The notes: generated from the sequence alone by a model not told the origin. A DNA stretch of 47,051 nucleotides from Bugula neritina (GCA_964035545.1 CAXIUT010000271.1:1-47051); one strand, 5' to 3'. Positions 24,354 through 37,504 are shown, counted from the first letter of the stretch. Numbers and translations are program-made.

Positions 24354-27300
24354 TCACTATTATTTCGTAAGATAAATGAATTATATAGAATCGATAGCCC
24401 ATCCATGTCTAATTCTTGCGCCTGAGAGAAGCCCTCCCAAATAGACAGTTTTTGAATTAAGAAAATAGGAGAAGTAACTAGGGCTTCTTCCAAGAGTATT
24501 GTTTTATTTATTTTTATTAGTATGAAACTTGATGCGAGAAATAATACCACTCATTGAATCAAAAGTTTCTGCTGCTGCTAAAGTTTATATTTAGACACTA
24601 TGAACAATTTAATCATACTCAAATGTCACTTCATTCATTTTAGAAGTACATTTATTGCCATTATGACCAAGACCAATACTTATCTCTTATACCTTATTTC
24701 CCATAAAATCAGAATAAAATATTTCTAATCTATATAATTTAAACTCTTCAAACCAACTAGATCTATCTTGATAAGCTATTATCTTAGATATTCTTAGATT
24801 ATTGATTTTAAAAATTTATGAATTTCCTCTACTTCTTCCTACAAATAATGCATATTTTTGATAGCAATATTGTTTCATCTTAACTTCATCTTATACTAGT
24901 TAATATGATTTTTCAGCTAAATCACATTAAAGACCTACTTAATTTATATTTTATCCTGTAGAAATTGAAAACTATTTTTGAACTCCAAATACTGTTATTT
25001 TGATTAAAAACTTAAAATAAAAGTTATTATTTTAATTTGAAGATTCTACTTGAATTTTATTAATCTAAAACTTCAAAAAAGTATCAACTATGTTATTAAA
25101 AAATTAAACTATTTGGTTAAATGCCTATTTAAAAGCGTTTATCAAAGAATTTACTTTTTATTTTAACCAACTCCAAAAAGATTATAAAACTTGAACTCCT
25201 TATTTTAATATCGTTTTATATTAAAAGCTTAGTTCTTTTTATCTTTCATCCAAATATTATAAATTTGTCTCTCCTTAATTTTTTTAATTTAATCCTCTTA
25301 ATTTCTTCAACTAATCCTTTGACTAATGATATTTTTATAATTTTAATTCATGTATTTTTCTATTTTATTAATATTTCTCTCTTAAACTTTGAAGTAACTC
25401 TTATGGCTTTTGTTTGATCTGCTAGATTTATAATGCATTGTTTTCTTATTTATGTTTCATTTTTTATCCACTTTTTTTCATTTTGTTAGTCATATGTTCT
25501 TTTAAACTTTGTTATGAAGATTTTTTTTAATAAACACCTTAAAAATAAAAAGTTCTTTTTTCTATATTTAAACGAAATGAAACTTATATACTATATTTTT
25601 CAAATATTTTTATGCATATTTTAGCCTCAACTTTAGGAAAATCTAAATCCAAATAAATTTTAAAATCTAAAATGTTTCTAATAATTATTCTACCAGAAAT
25701 TTTCATTTTTAATTAATTTTTATTCAAAGCTAATTAGAATTCAGGTCCACTAGATTATTAAAAATTAACTATTTTAAGAGGTCCAAGATTAATAGGTGAA
25801 ATATATACATTAAATAATATTTAATTCTTATTTACTTTAGCTTCCATTTCTTCTATTATTATAAAATTAAATATATTTAAACCTTTAAGTTTAAAATCTA
25901 TTGATGACTCAGTGATTTATTTAGAAAGTTTTAACTTCAAAGATAATTCTTATAAACGAAAAAATTAATATTTTTCAAGGAATTTGCTTTTTTATTTAAA
26001 AACTAGTTGATAAATAAAGTTTAACAACTTTGAACCTGAAAGATTACTAATACATCCATCGAATAAGATTAAAAAGTTAAGACAATCTATTTCAAATTAC
26101 TTAATATTAAAAGTAAAATCGTTATCTATTTGAATTTATCCAATTATCTTGAAATTTGTAGGGAAACATGTCTCCATATTTAAACCAACTCCAAGAGTTA
26201 AAGGACTGATTACAGATATATAGTCTTCTTTTAGACCTAAAGCATTGCAAATTCCGAATGGATTGACCCAATTATCTTTAAATTTTAACTAAATTTGTCC
26301 ATATAAAACATGATGAGAAAAGTCAAACTTAATTTGCATTTCAAATTAGTTTGAGTTGATCGTAACATAAACACTTAGACCAAGTTAAAAAGGGTTTAAA
26401 CCTGCAAAAATAGTTACTTTTTTGAGATTAAAATCTGTGTCAAATATTCTAAATGAAATAATTGAATCGGATTAGACAATACATGAAAATACGTTATCTT
26501 GATATCTTAAGTAAGCATCAATATCGAATTTTTGTATTTTTTTTATTTTAAGAACTATACTATGACCCTTTTTGTTTTAATTATCAATTTTAACTGAGTT
26601 ATATCCATAAGATATCTTTTCAACTGTTAAATATTCAGCTATCTGTTTAAAATCTTCATTGATATTTTATGGCTAAATACTACCAGTAATAGAATATTCC
26701 CATTTATTATCCATCTTAAAAGTTGATAAAGAGATATCAAAGATCATCTCTAAATAAGATATCATTCCATTGATAGAGAAAGAAGTTTTTGATCCTAAAT
26801 CTAAAACAAGAGATCCTTTTTTTATTTAGAGAGCATCATTGATACTAAAGTCAGATATTTATCCTTCTATGTGAACTTTTTCATTAGAAATTAAGACTTA
26901 GACATAGATTTCTTTTGGAAGATATGAAATATTGGGTATAGATATTCTAGTGATGAATCCCAACCCTTTTTGAAGAGTATTTCCTGAGACTTGAATTTTA
27001 TCAGTTGCAAGAGAAAGAGATGTGTCTTGAAAAACTAAATTATAATCACAGCTTGAGCTTTACTGATTACTATAGCTTTAAAATATTGATTTTAAGTCAT
27101 TAAAAGTGAACTATTGGACTTCACATTTAACTCCAAAATCCCATTTTCCCTTGTTATAAAGGATTCCTCCAAGAGCAGTAAAGTTATATTTGGAGATAGT
27201 AAACTAAGATCTAATGATTCCTTGTTTTGATTGTTAGCTATTTTGGAAAAAAATTCCAATATTCTTGAAAAATATTTATTTTCCAAGTATTTTAAAATTA

Positions 27301-29063
27301 ATGTTAGTAGCTTTTAAGTAAGTTTAGAAGGAGTGTTAGTTAATGTAATTTAAACAAGCTTCTAACCCAATTTTATTTTATCCAATTTATAATGATGCTT
27401 GACCTTTTAATGATTTAGTAGTACTCCATTATTCTGGTTATGAATTATATATTTTAGCAATATCGATTGAAGCTTCAAGATTATGAAGGATAATATTTTA
27501 TAGGATTTATTTATCTATTTCAAGATTAATAGCAATGTTAAGATTATCTGGACAATGCATTTATTTCAAGAATTAAAGAGTGGATCTAAAAGATAATCTC
27601 ACTTATATTTTATCTAAATGTTACTTTTTTATCAAATTGTTAGAAGTTAAAAAATTAACTATTTAATTTTATTTATTGAACCTGAGAAATAGTTTATAGT
27701 TCATCATAATATCTTTTTCATCCATAACTATTTTTAATTTTGTAAATTAAAAGGTATTTAACATTAAAATTAACTAATTTCTCCATCCATATTTTACTAT
27801 TGCTTTATTTATTTATTAAGATAAGTTTTAAGTCACTTATATTTCAACCTTTTCACTCTTATCAGAAAAATTAGGAGGATTACATAAAGCTTTATATTAT
27901 TTCGAACTCCAAAGAGTTAAAATCCATTCTGATGTTGTATTTTATTTACTTATTTAATCATTTTTTATAAAACGTTTTAAAAATCTAGATAATATAGCTT
28001 TAAAATTAATTTTTTGTTGTTGTTTTTTTTTAAAGTTCAAATTTTGTTTAATAAGTTATTTTGAAAAAGAATATTAAAATGGAGAAGGTGGCACATGATT
28101 CCAAAGATTAAATTTTTTAATTTTTTTATAAGTTATATTATTTACGGTAAAATAAGTTTAATAAGAAATATATTTAGCAAAGATAGTTGTATATTTTTCA
28201 TCCTAAGAAGGCAATTTAATATTTTATGTTGAGGTTAAGATTTATACTTTTACCTAATCATCTTTTGACAACGAAACATTCAACTGTTACTATTGAAGCA
28301 TGTATTAGTTACATGCTGATGATGATAAAACCAAATTATTTAAAGTATTCGCATGTTCATTTATTATATTATGGACATATAAAAAACCACAAAGATGAGC
28401 CCAATGATAATGTCCTTACAATTTAAATATTTTTGCTATTTCTTTTGCTGTGTTGTTTTTCATAACCTGTTTTGGTTGTGGAAAATTTTATTTTGCTTAT
28501 CCTTTAGGCTCAATAGGTTGTTTTTACTTTTTTAATCCATTTTTATTTGATTAACTATCAACAAGTGATGGACTGGATCGAGTTTTCTCCTAAGTTAAGG
28601 ATAAATCCAATAGCTTTTTAAATTTCTTATGATTTTTCTATATTTATTTTAATTTTTAAGCATCTTTAAATGTTTATAATAAAGTCGAGAAAGGATTTCC
28701 TTTATTAAACTTTTTTATATCATCTTTTGATAAGTATACATCATATAATTAATCTTAATCAACTCTTTAGACTTATTTTGGAAATTAATTCAGAATAAAT
28801 TCTTTATATTTTTAACAATCCTATTTGGATAAATTTTAGGAGTTTATTACATAATTTTTTTTATTTTTATTATTTTTTTTGAAAATTTAAAGTACATTTT
28901 TATTTTGCAAGGCTTTGTCTTTTAATACATAATACCTTTTACTTTATTAATCTTTTTTTCCTGACAAATTTTGATTGTTTTCATCTAAATCTATTTAATC
29001 ATCACTAGAAATGCCTGAAGTGTTGTAAACTATCTACATTTCCTGTTATTTAGTTTCTTCCAT
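24354..29063 (-). CDS. Large putative type II membrane protein with a beta-rich region and C-terminal jacalin-like lectin domain
   Basis: ATG 29063; TM-like IIIGLIFVVFYMSII near 28390; WVNPFGI and ISPINLGPLKIV...SGPEF segments; C-terminus VTFEYDEIVHSV...ISRIKFHTN...LG...GARIRHGWAIDSIEF..-TGA; indels present; may be more than one gene. Confidence 0.55.
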
Positions 29064-29166
29064 TTAAATTAATATAAAGATACCTTCCATTTATCGAATT
29101 TATACCCATTTTAAAATCATAGAAGAAAAATTAAATCATGTAAAAGACCATCAATTTATATATTAG

Positions 29167-32105
29167 ATGAAGTATTTGTTAGTTTTGATCATTTGTTGTC
29201 ATGAATTCAAGAATTATTAATTTATTTTAGAAAAAATTATAGGACATAGACCTACATTAAAGGTTTGATAAATACTATTATTTCGAAAAAAAGATCTATT
29301 AGCAACTAATGTAACTTTTAAACAATTAAAACAACTAAAAACAATCAAAAAAAATCATAATTAAAGATCTTTAGGATGATAATCTATCAATAGAAGGATA
29401 TGTAAAATACGGATAAAAAGTAAAGTGTCCAAAATCTTAGCTAAAAGTATGAATATTAAGAAAGAAGAAAGATTATTTATCAATAATTAAAAATATGAAG
29501 AAGAAATATTGAAGAATATTCATTTTTTTACTTTTACATTTGATTAATAAATTATTTTTAAAATATCCTAATTACAAAATAAATAGCTTTTGTATTATCT
29601 GCTTTTATAGTAATTTAAATATAAGTAATTTAAGTTAGATGGGTTTATGTGATTCTAAAGAACAACATCCAAAGACTAATATTCAAAAAATAAATAAATA
29701 AAATACAAAATAAGTACATAATAAAACTAGCAACTAGCTGGCATAAACTTCCAACAAAGTAACCTCCATATTGCACACTCTTTTCCTAGTCAAAATCATA
29801 GAAGATTAATAAGGATAACTATAAAGCAAAGTGATAAAAGGAGACCAAAAAACACTTAAAAAAAAGGTTGAACAACTAATCAAATACAAGTAAAATTGTC
29901 ATAACTTAGATATTGCTACTTTATTTATCTAGTACCAGTTAAATAAGTAAAAATAGATGAAATAAATAAAGGATAAATCACTGTTAAAACAGTCAAATAT
30001 GCAAGTCTATCTAGTATAAGAAATAAATCATTAGAAAAGTTCTAACGATATGCTTTGATGCTAAAGATAGTTAGAGGAGTGAGGTTTTTGGATAACAAAG
30101 GAGCTATTTTGAATTCTATCAATAATATCTATATCCATGATGATCATTCTATTATTATTCCTAAAATTGGTCTGCCTTAGTTCGATAATAACTATAGGGG
30201 TTGGGGTTGGGGTTGGGGTTGGGGTTGGGGTTGGGGTTGGGGTTGGGGTTGGGGTTGGGGTTGGGGGTTGGGGTTGGGGTTGGGGTTGGGTAAGTTACAA
30301 AACAATAAATAGCACCATTGATTGATAAAGTTTAAGATTAGCTATTAAAACAACTATTCTCTGATATGAAAATCCAAATAATATGCTATCAATGTAATAG
30401 ATTCTAAAAGTATTATACAATTTAGACTACACCTAAAAACCACTCTAACTTCCTCAATAAAAAAGACTCTCATAGAATATGAAACAGGATAAAAATACGA
30501 AGGATAAACAAACTAAAAAAACTAAAAACACGGATACGGCATAGAAACAGATAGCCAAGGCAACATCTACTATGGACAATGGAAGTAAAACCAAAGAAGT
30601 GGTCAGGGAACCTACATAATACCCAAATAAAAATATACTTATATCGGTTAATGGGGTAGGAATATCATAAATGGCAAAGGTTTTGAATTGAGATCTGGTC
30701 AAGGTTCATTTTATGAAGGAATGTTTGTTGATGGTAAAAAAGAAGGCAAAGGATTATTTGGACATATCAATGGGGAATTGTATTATGGATTATGGAAGAA
30801 TAGTAACAAAGATGGAGTAGGAAATTATTATGATGCAAGTGATGAGTGGGTATATAAGGGATAGTGGAAAAATGATAATAAAAATGGAGTTGGAGAGTAG
30901 TTATATACCACAAAAGCATATTTCAAGGATCTCTTTAAAATGGTATCAAAAATGGATAAGGAGAATACTATATTCCATAAAAATTTCATTATCAAGGTTT
31001 TTTTCAAAGCCAATCAGTTCCATGGTCAAGGACATCTCATCAATATATAATAAAAGTCATAGTATAAAGGATAATTTGATAATAACCAATTTCATGGAAA
31101 GGGAGTATATAAATAGGAATAAAAAGAGTATAGCTATGACGGCTAGTGAATAGAAACATGAAGGAAGGATTTGGAGAGTAAATAATAGGAAATAAAATAA
31201 AATATAAAGGATAATTTAAAAATAATGTTAAAAATGGAAAGGGATAATTGATCGAAGACGGAGGTAAATATTCAGGATTGTTTATAAATGGACAATTTAG
31301 TGGAAATTAGGCCTATTATAAATATGATAATGGAGATACTTATTCAGGAGCCTTGTTGATAAGAAAAAAATAAGGATATGGAGTGTATATTTCAGCTGAA
31401 GATGGGTCCAAGTATTAGGGTTAGTGGAAAAATGATAAAAGAAATGGAAAGGGAAAATATACATTTAAAAATGGAGGATATTATGAAGGTCAATGGGTGC
31501 ATGGCGTAAGAGAAGGGTAAGGGTTATTAATATATATCAAAAATAATAATTATCGCGGTAGTTGGAAGGCAAATAAAAAGGAAGGCTACGGTCGACAGGT
31601 CGAAAATTAAGGGAAATGTATATTAAGGATTTTTCAAAGAAAACATAAAAAGTGGTAAAGGAAAGATAGAGTATGTGAATGGAGATAATATGAAGGTTTG
31701 TTTTTTGGATAATCTTCACTAAGGATATGGAAAATATACTTTTAGAAATAATGATAAATATGAAGGCAATTGGAGAAAAGGGAATCGTGAAGGTCAAGGC
31801 GTATAAACCAAAGCGAATGGTGAATCTTATAAGGGTAATTGGAAAAATAACAAAAGAATGGAGAGGGTAAGTAGGTATATAAGAATGGAGAGTATTTTGT
31901 TGGACATTTTATCGATGATTTGAAAGATGGAAATGGAATTTGGTATCATAAGGGTAATAATAGATTTGAAGGCAAGTGGATAAAGAATAAGAAATAAGGT
32001 CCTGGAACATTTTACTTCAAAGATGGTAATTTCTAAGAAAGAACATATAAAGATAATTTTGAAGTTGATTTGCTCAAAAGTACAACAAATGCATAGAAAA
32101 AGTGA
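29167..32105 (+). CDS. Pseudokinase + MORN-repeat protein interrupted by a telomeric tract
   Basis: Degenerate kinase C-lobe (ASLSSIRNKSLEKFERYALMLKIVRGVRFLDNKG...NIYI...PKIGLPEFDNNYR|APL...LLKQLF...MLSMEEIL), then many MORN repeats (YEGEWKNDKRNGKG etc.) at about 30470-32060; start uncertain. Confidence 0.7.
30197..30290 (+). repeat. Internal telomeric tract (TTGGGG)n ending TTGGG
   Basis: G4 followed by 90 nt of repeats with one G5 variant. Confidence 0.95.
30290..30312 (+). other. 23-nt intron directly after telomeric tract 1
   Basis: GTAAGTTACAAAACAATAAATAG; canonical donor and acceptor; removal joins the upstream and downstream frames. Confidence 0.7.
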
Positions 32106-32189
32106 TATTAAAGATAATATTATTTTTCATTAAATGATGATATAGGATAATTGTCAATTATTCTACATAATAAAATTTAATAATTATCA

Positions 32190-34514
32190 ATGAAGGGGTT
32201 GGGGTGGGGTTGGGGTTGGGGTTGGGGTTGGGGTTGGGGTTGGGGTTGGGGTTGGGTTGGGGTTGGGAATAACGTACATTATTTGTTATCAAGAGTATTT
32301 ACTGTATATAAGATGTTGGAAAGTAGAGATAGTTTTTCATAAAATAAAAAATAAACAGTTAAGAATCAATAAATAAGGTAATCGAAATAATATTTTCCTT
32401 CTTATTCTTAAGCAGAACCTAAAAACTTTATGTAAAGAAATTCTGTTTATTATCAAAGCAAATTTGATTAAATAAAAATAAAAAGACCACAGTAAGCACA
32501 GTTATCTAAATCAGTTGAAGCTAAATCTAAAAGTTTATAAAAAGCAAAACAAAGAAAACTATTAAATTAAACAATGAAAATACTTAATAACAATTTTTAC
32601 TCTGCCAATCTATCCTAATCCTCTCCTCAGGCATCAAATAAGCAACAAAAAGATGAAAATGAGTAAAAAATCGATGAAAAAAGAGATTGGCGAAAAGGTT
32701 AAAGTCCTCATAAACATCTATTCAGATCTAAACTGAAGAGGAAGAGTGAAAACAGTATAAGTGACTTGATAAATAAGAAAAAAGACTAATTTTGTTATGA
32801 CATTCGCGGGATAAGTATGAGCACGATGGAAAGAGATAGTAAGGTGCATTATAGTAAAATAAATTTGATGAAAAAACGAAGATTATTTTTGAAAACCATC
32901 TAAACCAAACAAAACATGTTCAAGAGGACAAGTTTAATTGATACCAAATAGAAAAGAAAAGAGAAATCGTCATATTAACTACAACTTGGTCGAATGGAGA
33001 CTTGTCTTAATATTATTTTGAGTTCTTTTAATTGTTTGTTAGATAGCTAGCAGACAGGTTCTGAAATACGAGAGGAGAAAATATAGAAATTGGGGATTAG
33101 TTTGAATTGCAGGAAGAGAAAGATAAAAAATTATTATTATTATATCGGGGAGGGAAATAATCATAATTTGGTGAGATCTATATTCAAGAAAAGAGGATGG
33201 TGGGTTTAGACAGATTCAATCAATCGAGCTAATTTGATCTGGACTCAACTAAAAATCCAAAAGGTAATATAAAAACTATAAAAATATCAAACATAATAGA
33301 CAAATGATGAAAAAGAAGACAGCACTGATGAGGACCCTATTTGGCAGAAATCAATTTCAAAACTATTCCACTAAAAACACAACAATGTTTCTAATTTTTG
33401 TTTACTAGGCGAATAGCTAACAAAAATAAAAAGACCATAAATAATGCATAATCATTTCGAATGCAATCATATTTTAGGAAATAAGAATAATTTATTTTTG
33501 AATATTAGTCTTTATTATTAATATCTTAATGAGGTAGTTAACATCATTCCTGAAACGTACTATTTGACTGTTGATAATTAGACTGGATTTAGTAATTTTT
33601 AAAGAATATTCAAATAAAAATAAGATATCTGGATAGTAAAACCTGCCTAGAATACTAATAGAGGTAAAAAAATATTTTTAAGTACTGATATTTAATAAAT
33701 AAGGACTAAAATCGATATTTAGAAGAAACTTATTGTTCAGAGATATGTTAGAAATATATTTTTATATTAGTGTAGAAAATTCGATATAAGAACCTATCTT
33801 TTGGCTATGAAAATAAATGGCAGACTTAAATGGTTTTTCTATGAATAGGGATATCTCAAAACATCTTCTAAAATATTTACTACAGCCAATATCAAAGATC
33901 ATTTTGTGCATCTAACCAACAGCGCCGTCCAAGAACAAGGAGATTGTTATGGTAAATATGAGTAGGGCAATAAATTGAGTTACTGTTAATTTCAAAGATA
34001 TTTGACGAATAAATATACTAAAAGAGGATATTCTGTAAGTGAATTGCACTAGTAGATGAAATAGCAGTGCAAAAAGGTGATAAAATCTATATATAGTAGA
34101 TTGTAATTGACAAAAAGCAAGTATGGATTTGAGTTATTTGGTTTAGATTTTATAGTTAATGCAAATTTCAAACCAATACTGATATAAATAAATACGAATC
34201 CATGTTTGTAGTTATCATCGCATGGTCTTGAAAGATTAATTCCAAAAATGCTATAAAATTTATTTAGATTGACTATCGATCCTCTCTTCAGACCATCAGC
34301 TAACAACTTCGGCAAAATATAATCATACTACCTCTATGATTAATCATTTCTATAGAAAAATAAATTCCAATTAATATTTGATTAGAAATACGATCGAGAC
34401 GTGCAATGGTAAGAATATTTATCCAAAAATATGAAAGAACAAATAGAATAAGACAATAATGAAATTTTAATTATATAAGAAAATGGCAGTATTACATAAT
34501 AGGACTAATTTTGA
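32190..34514 (+). CDS. Tubulin-tyrosine ligase-like (TTLL) polyglycylase/glutamylase family protein
   Basis: GNNHNLVRSIFKKRGWW; NHFECN; IIPETY; WIVKPAENTNRG; RKFDIR; HLTNSAVQ; FELFGLDF; LIEINTNP; ATG 32190 (before the tract) is in frame with ATG 32313. Confidence 0.9.
32195..32267 (+). repeat. Internal telomeric tract (TTGGGG)n ending TTGGG
   Basis: G4 followed by 69 nt of repeats with two 1-nt-short variants. Confidence 0.95.
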
Positions 34515-34550
34515 TAATATCTATCTATAATTATATAACAAATAATAAGA

Positions 34551-35894
34551 TCAAGAGTTATTAAGAAGTTGGAATTTATTTCTAACCCAATTCTTTACTA
34601 TCTGATTCCTTTTTATTATATTTTTTAATTATATCAAACCTCTCTTAAATCCATACTTGATCAACTCCCTCTACAACTTGCTAAAATCATTTATATCTAT
34701 TCTTATCAACCAACTCTCCTCCATCACTTTTGCTTTCTACAAAGAAACAGGTGCATTTTTCATCTTCTTATCCTAAAACACGATCTATTCCAACAAAGTC
34801 TCACCCCCCTCGCATAACTTATACATCCCATCTTTACCCAACAACTTAATTCTACCCGAAAGGAGAATATAGAATGAGGTGTAGGGTAGATCGATTTGGT
34901 ATAATATATTTTTAGGATATTTATGAATTATTTTACCTATTCTCAGCAAACATACTCCAACAACTCTTTATATTCTTTTGAAAAATGGATTTATCTCTTA
35001 TAATATTACTACTGTCCTCTACAATCTTTAGTTAGTTTTAGTTAGATTTTTTAATTAGTAAACACATTATACAAACCTTTGTATCTTTGTTTGTTTTTAC
35101 GGATATACTAATTGCAAATCAGATGATGACGATTGATCTGTTTTGTTTGGTTTTATTGATTTGATAAGTTTTCTTTTATTCAGTTTGATACTTTTGTCTC
35201 TTTTTGATTCTAATTATGTTTTTATTGATAAATTTCTGCCTGATCTCATGATGGGTGAAGGATATATCGATGATTCTATATCTGGGTTGTTTATATTTAT
35301 ATTTTATTCGTGTTTTGAGATATCGTGATATTTGTTTTAGCTGTAATTTGGATGAATTCGACCTTTCTTTTTTGATTGGACTTCAAGTTATTCTTTATTG
35401 ATTTTTAATACAGGTGATTTGGAAAAAGAAATAGCCATACTATTATTACCCGGCTAAGTTCTACTTCTCTACATACTAGGTTATAAAGTTTCATAGTGGT
35501 TGGTTATTTTAGTTCTGGGTTAATAATTCGAATTATTATCTAATTTTATATCCGAAGTGCTCAATTTATTGTACACTAATTTTGATTTATTAATAGGGTT
35601 AGTTTATATGACTTGATTGGTTGATCCTCTTGCTAACATTTATTCAGATAAAAATTAATTAACCTATTGATTTTAATTCAATTCACTTGATTATTATTTT
35701 TTGATATATTATAACTAAGTTTGATTGTTACTTGATGAATATTTGATAAGTTTTTATTGAAATTACTTTTTTTTAGATTATGCTAAATTGATATAATGAG
35801 TTATTGTGTTGTTGCTTGTTCTTGAGCGGGAGTAGAGACGAACTGGAGGTAAAAGCAAACGGGATTCTTTTTATTACTACTATCTTTTATACAT
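34551..35894 (-). CDS. Cyclic nucleotide-binding (cNMP) domain protein
   Basis: C-terminal IIYQIDLPYTSFYILLSGRIKL...GETLLEEIVF...EKAKVMEESWLIRID; low-complexity N-terminus. Confidence 0.65.
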
Positions 35895-36031
35895 TATTAA
35901 TTTTTATATTTGTAAATAAAAATAATTTTATAATTTTTGTAAGAAAACATCAATTTTTAACATAAAATAATAAAATCAGAATAAAGGTGTAATTTTTAAA
36001 TTTTGAATTTATGTTTTGAAAGATAGTTTTA

Positions 36032-37437
36032 ATGATAGATCAAAGCAATAATTTTACTATAATAACTTCAATAGAGATGTCATCAACAATAACATACTAA
36101 TAGATATAGACAGAAAGTCTATTTACTGTAGATTACTCAAGCATAGTTAAAAACTTCAAAACAATCGATTCATTTATAAAAAACTTTTCCACATTCCAAA
36201 GAAGTATTCATATCAATATCTAAGAACTCAATGAAATGGACAAAGTACAAAAGGCAACAACCCATGATCTGAATAACTTCAAATTATCAACTTCCAACAC
36301 CTTTAGCACTATGAACTAAGTTCTTGATAGTCGAGGTAGCATATCCAAAGGTGGTAACAAACAGATGTAGGAATAAATGAATTAAAGTAAAAAGTTGATA
36401 AAAGAATTAAAAGTATTTGTTACTTAGAGTACCAGAGATATCAATACAACGATGGAAGAGAAAGATAAATAGACTCAAGAAGTATATAAAAAATATGAAT
36501 AAAGATTTTAATAACTATAAAAAAAACATAATAGCAATTTGCTAAGAATATAATCATTGTAGCAGTAGATCTATACTATAAAAGGTAAATATTCAACTAA
36601 AATATAAAGTAAATATATAACTATTCAGCATAATTGATCAAATCTAACCTATTAGAAGCTAATACTTAGATAGCACAAGTGAAGGAATAATTAAATGAGA
36701 CAAAAAGTTTTCTTGAGGGGTTGGGAGTAAAATAATTCAAAAATATTCTTGATAATATGAGTAAATAGCTCTATGGAGATATGGATGATTTGAAAGGAAA
36801 ATTCAAATTAAAAACTGATATATCAGATACTCTTAGTCTATAAGATATGTTGATTAAAACTATCAATTATTCTTATGAGAACGTAGCTAAAAAATATGCA
36901 CAGAAAAATTAGACTAAAAAAGCTTTGGTGTTTTTGGAAAAGAAAATCAATAGTATTGTTCAACTTCTGATTGAAGAAGGATAAAAAGATGGATTGATTG
37001 CTACTAAAGGATGGAAATGTATTTCATGTGCTAAAGATCTTGGATAGTATTAAGGTAAATTAAATTAGCATAAGGTGTGGTCTACTTTCCCTGTCAAAGA
37101 TAAAGAAGCAACCAATAAATAAAAGTATAATGGTTTTGGGACAGGATTTCAGTCGATAGTTGAGACAGCAGTGACTAAGAAGGGAGTGGATGTTGGCTAT
37201 GATGATAAAGGAAGGATGACAACTCCGTTTAATTTGACTAGATAGGCTCGTAGTAGTCATAAGAACACTCAGAGTCAGAGCAAGTTGAATCAGGCTAAAA
37301 ATTCTCCAGTTAAAAATTTGGTATAATCTAACTATATGAATCTCTATGGTCGTAATTCAGAAGTTGATCTTGATCTGAGGACTGAGTACTTGTAGAAGTA
37401 GAAAGGTTTGAGATCTATTTTGAAGAAAGACGTATGA
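36032..37437 (+). CDS. Coiled-coil protein with C-terminal CxSC motif (weak resemblance to QRICH2/DUF4795-type proteins)
   Basis: KKYAQKNETKKALVFLEKKI...DGLIATKGWKCISCAKDLGEYEGKL...VWSTFP...GFGTGF. Confidence 0.55.
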
Positions 37438-37504
37438 TGTTTGATTAATAAATGATGAAATATTGAATTATAAACAATATATAAAGAGTTGATAGCAATA
37501 CAAT

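Noticed and set aside
26181-26195. TAAACCAACTCCAAG resembling the Tetrahymena Cbs (TAAACCAACCTCTTT)
   Set aside because: Partial match inside a CDS, about 4 kb from the nearest telomeric tract; no such motif flanks the tracts.
30137-30325. ORF-track protein with GVGVGV/WGWG repeats
   Set aside because: Translation of the telomeric tract in a frame other than the gene's.
31135-31165. TGA at a MORN Trp position (YDGE-TGA), suggesting TGA=Trp
   Set aside because: One missing G (TGG AAT AGA AAC ATG) restores both the Trp and the downstream frame, and TGA ends the other genes.
36716-36725. AGGGGTTGGG, a minimal version of the telomeric tracts
   Set aside because: Reads in frame as E-G-L-G within a CDS and a single unit can arise by chance; worth checking only as a possible minor addition site.
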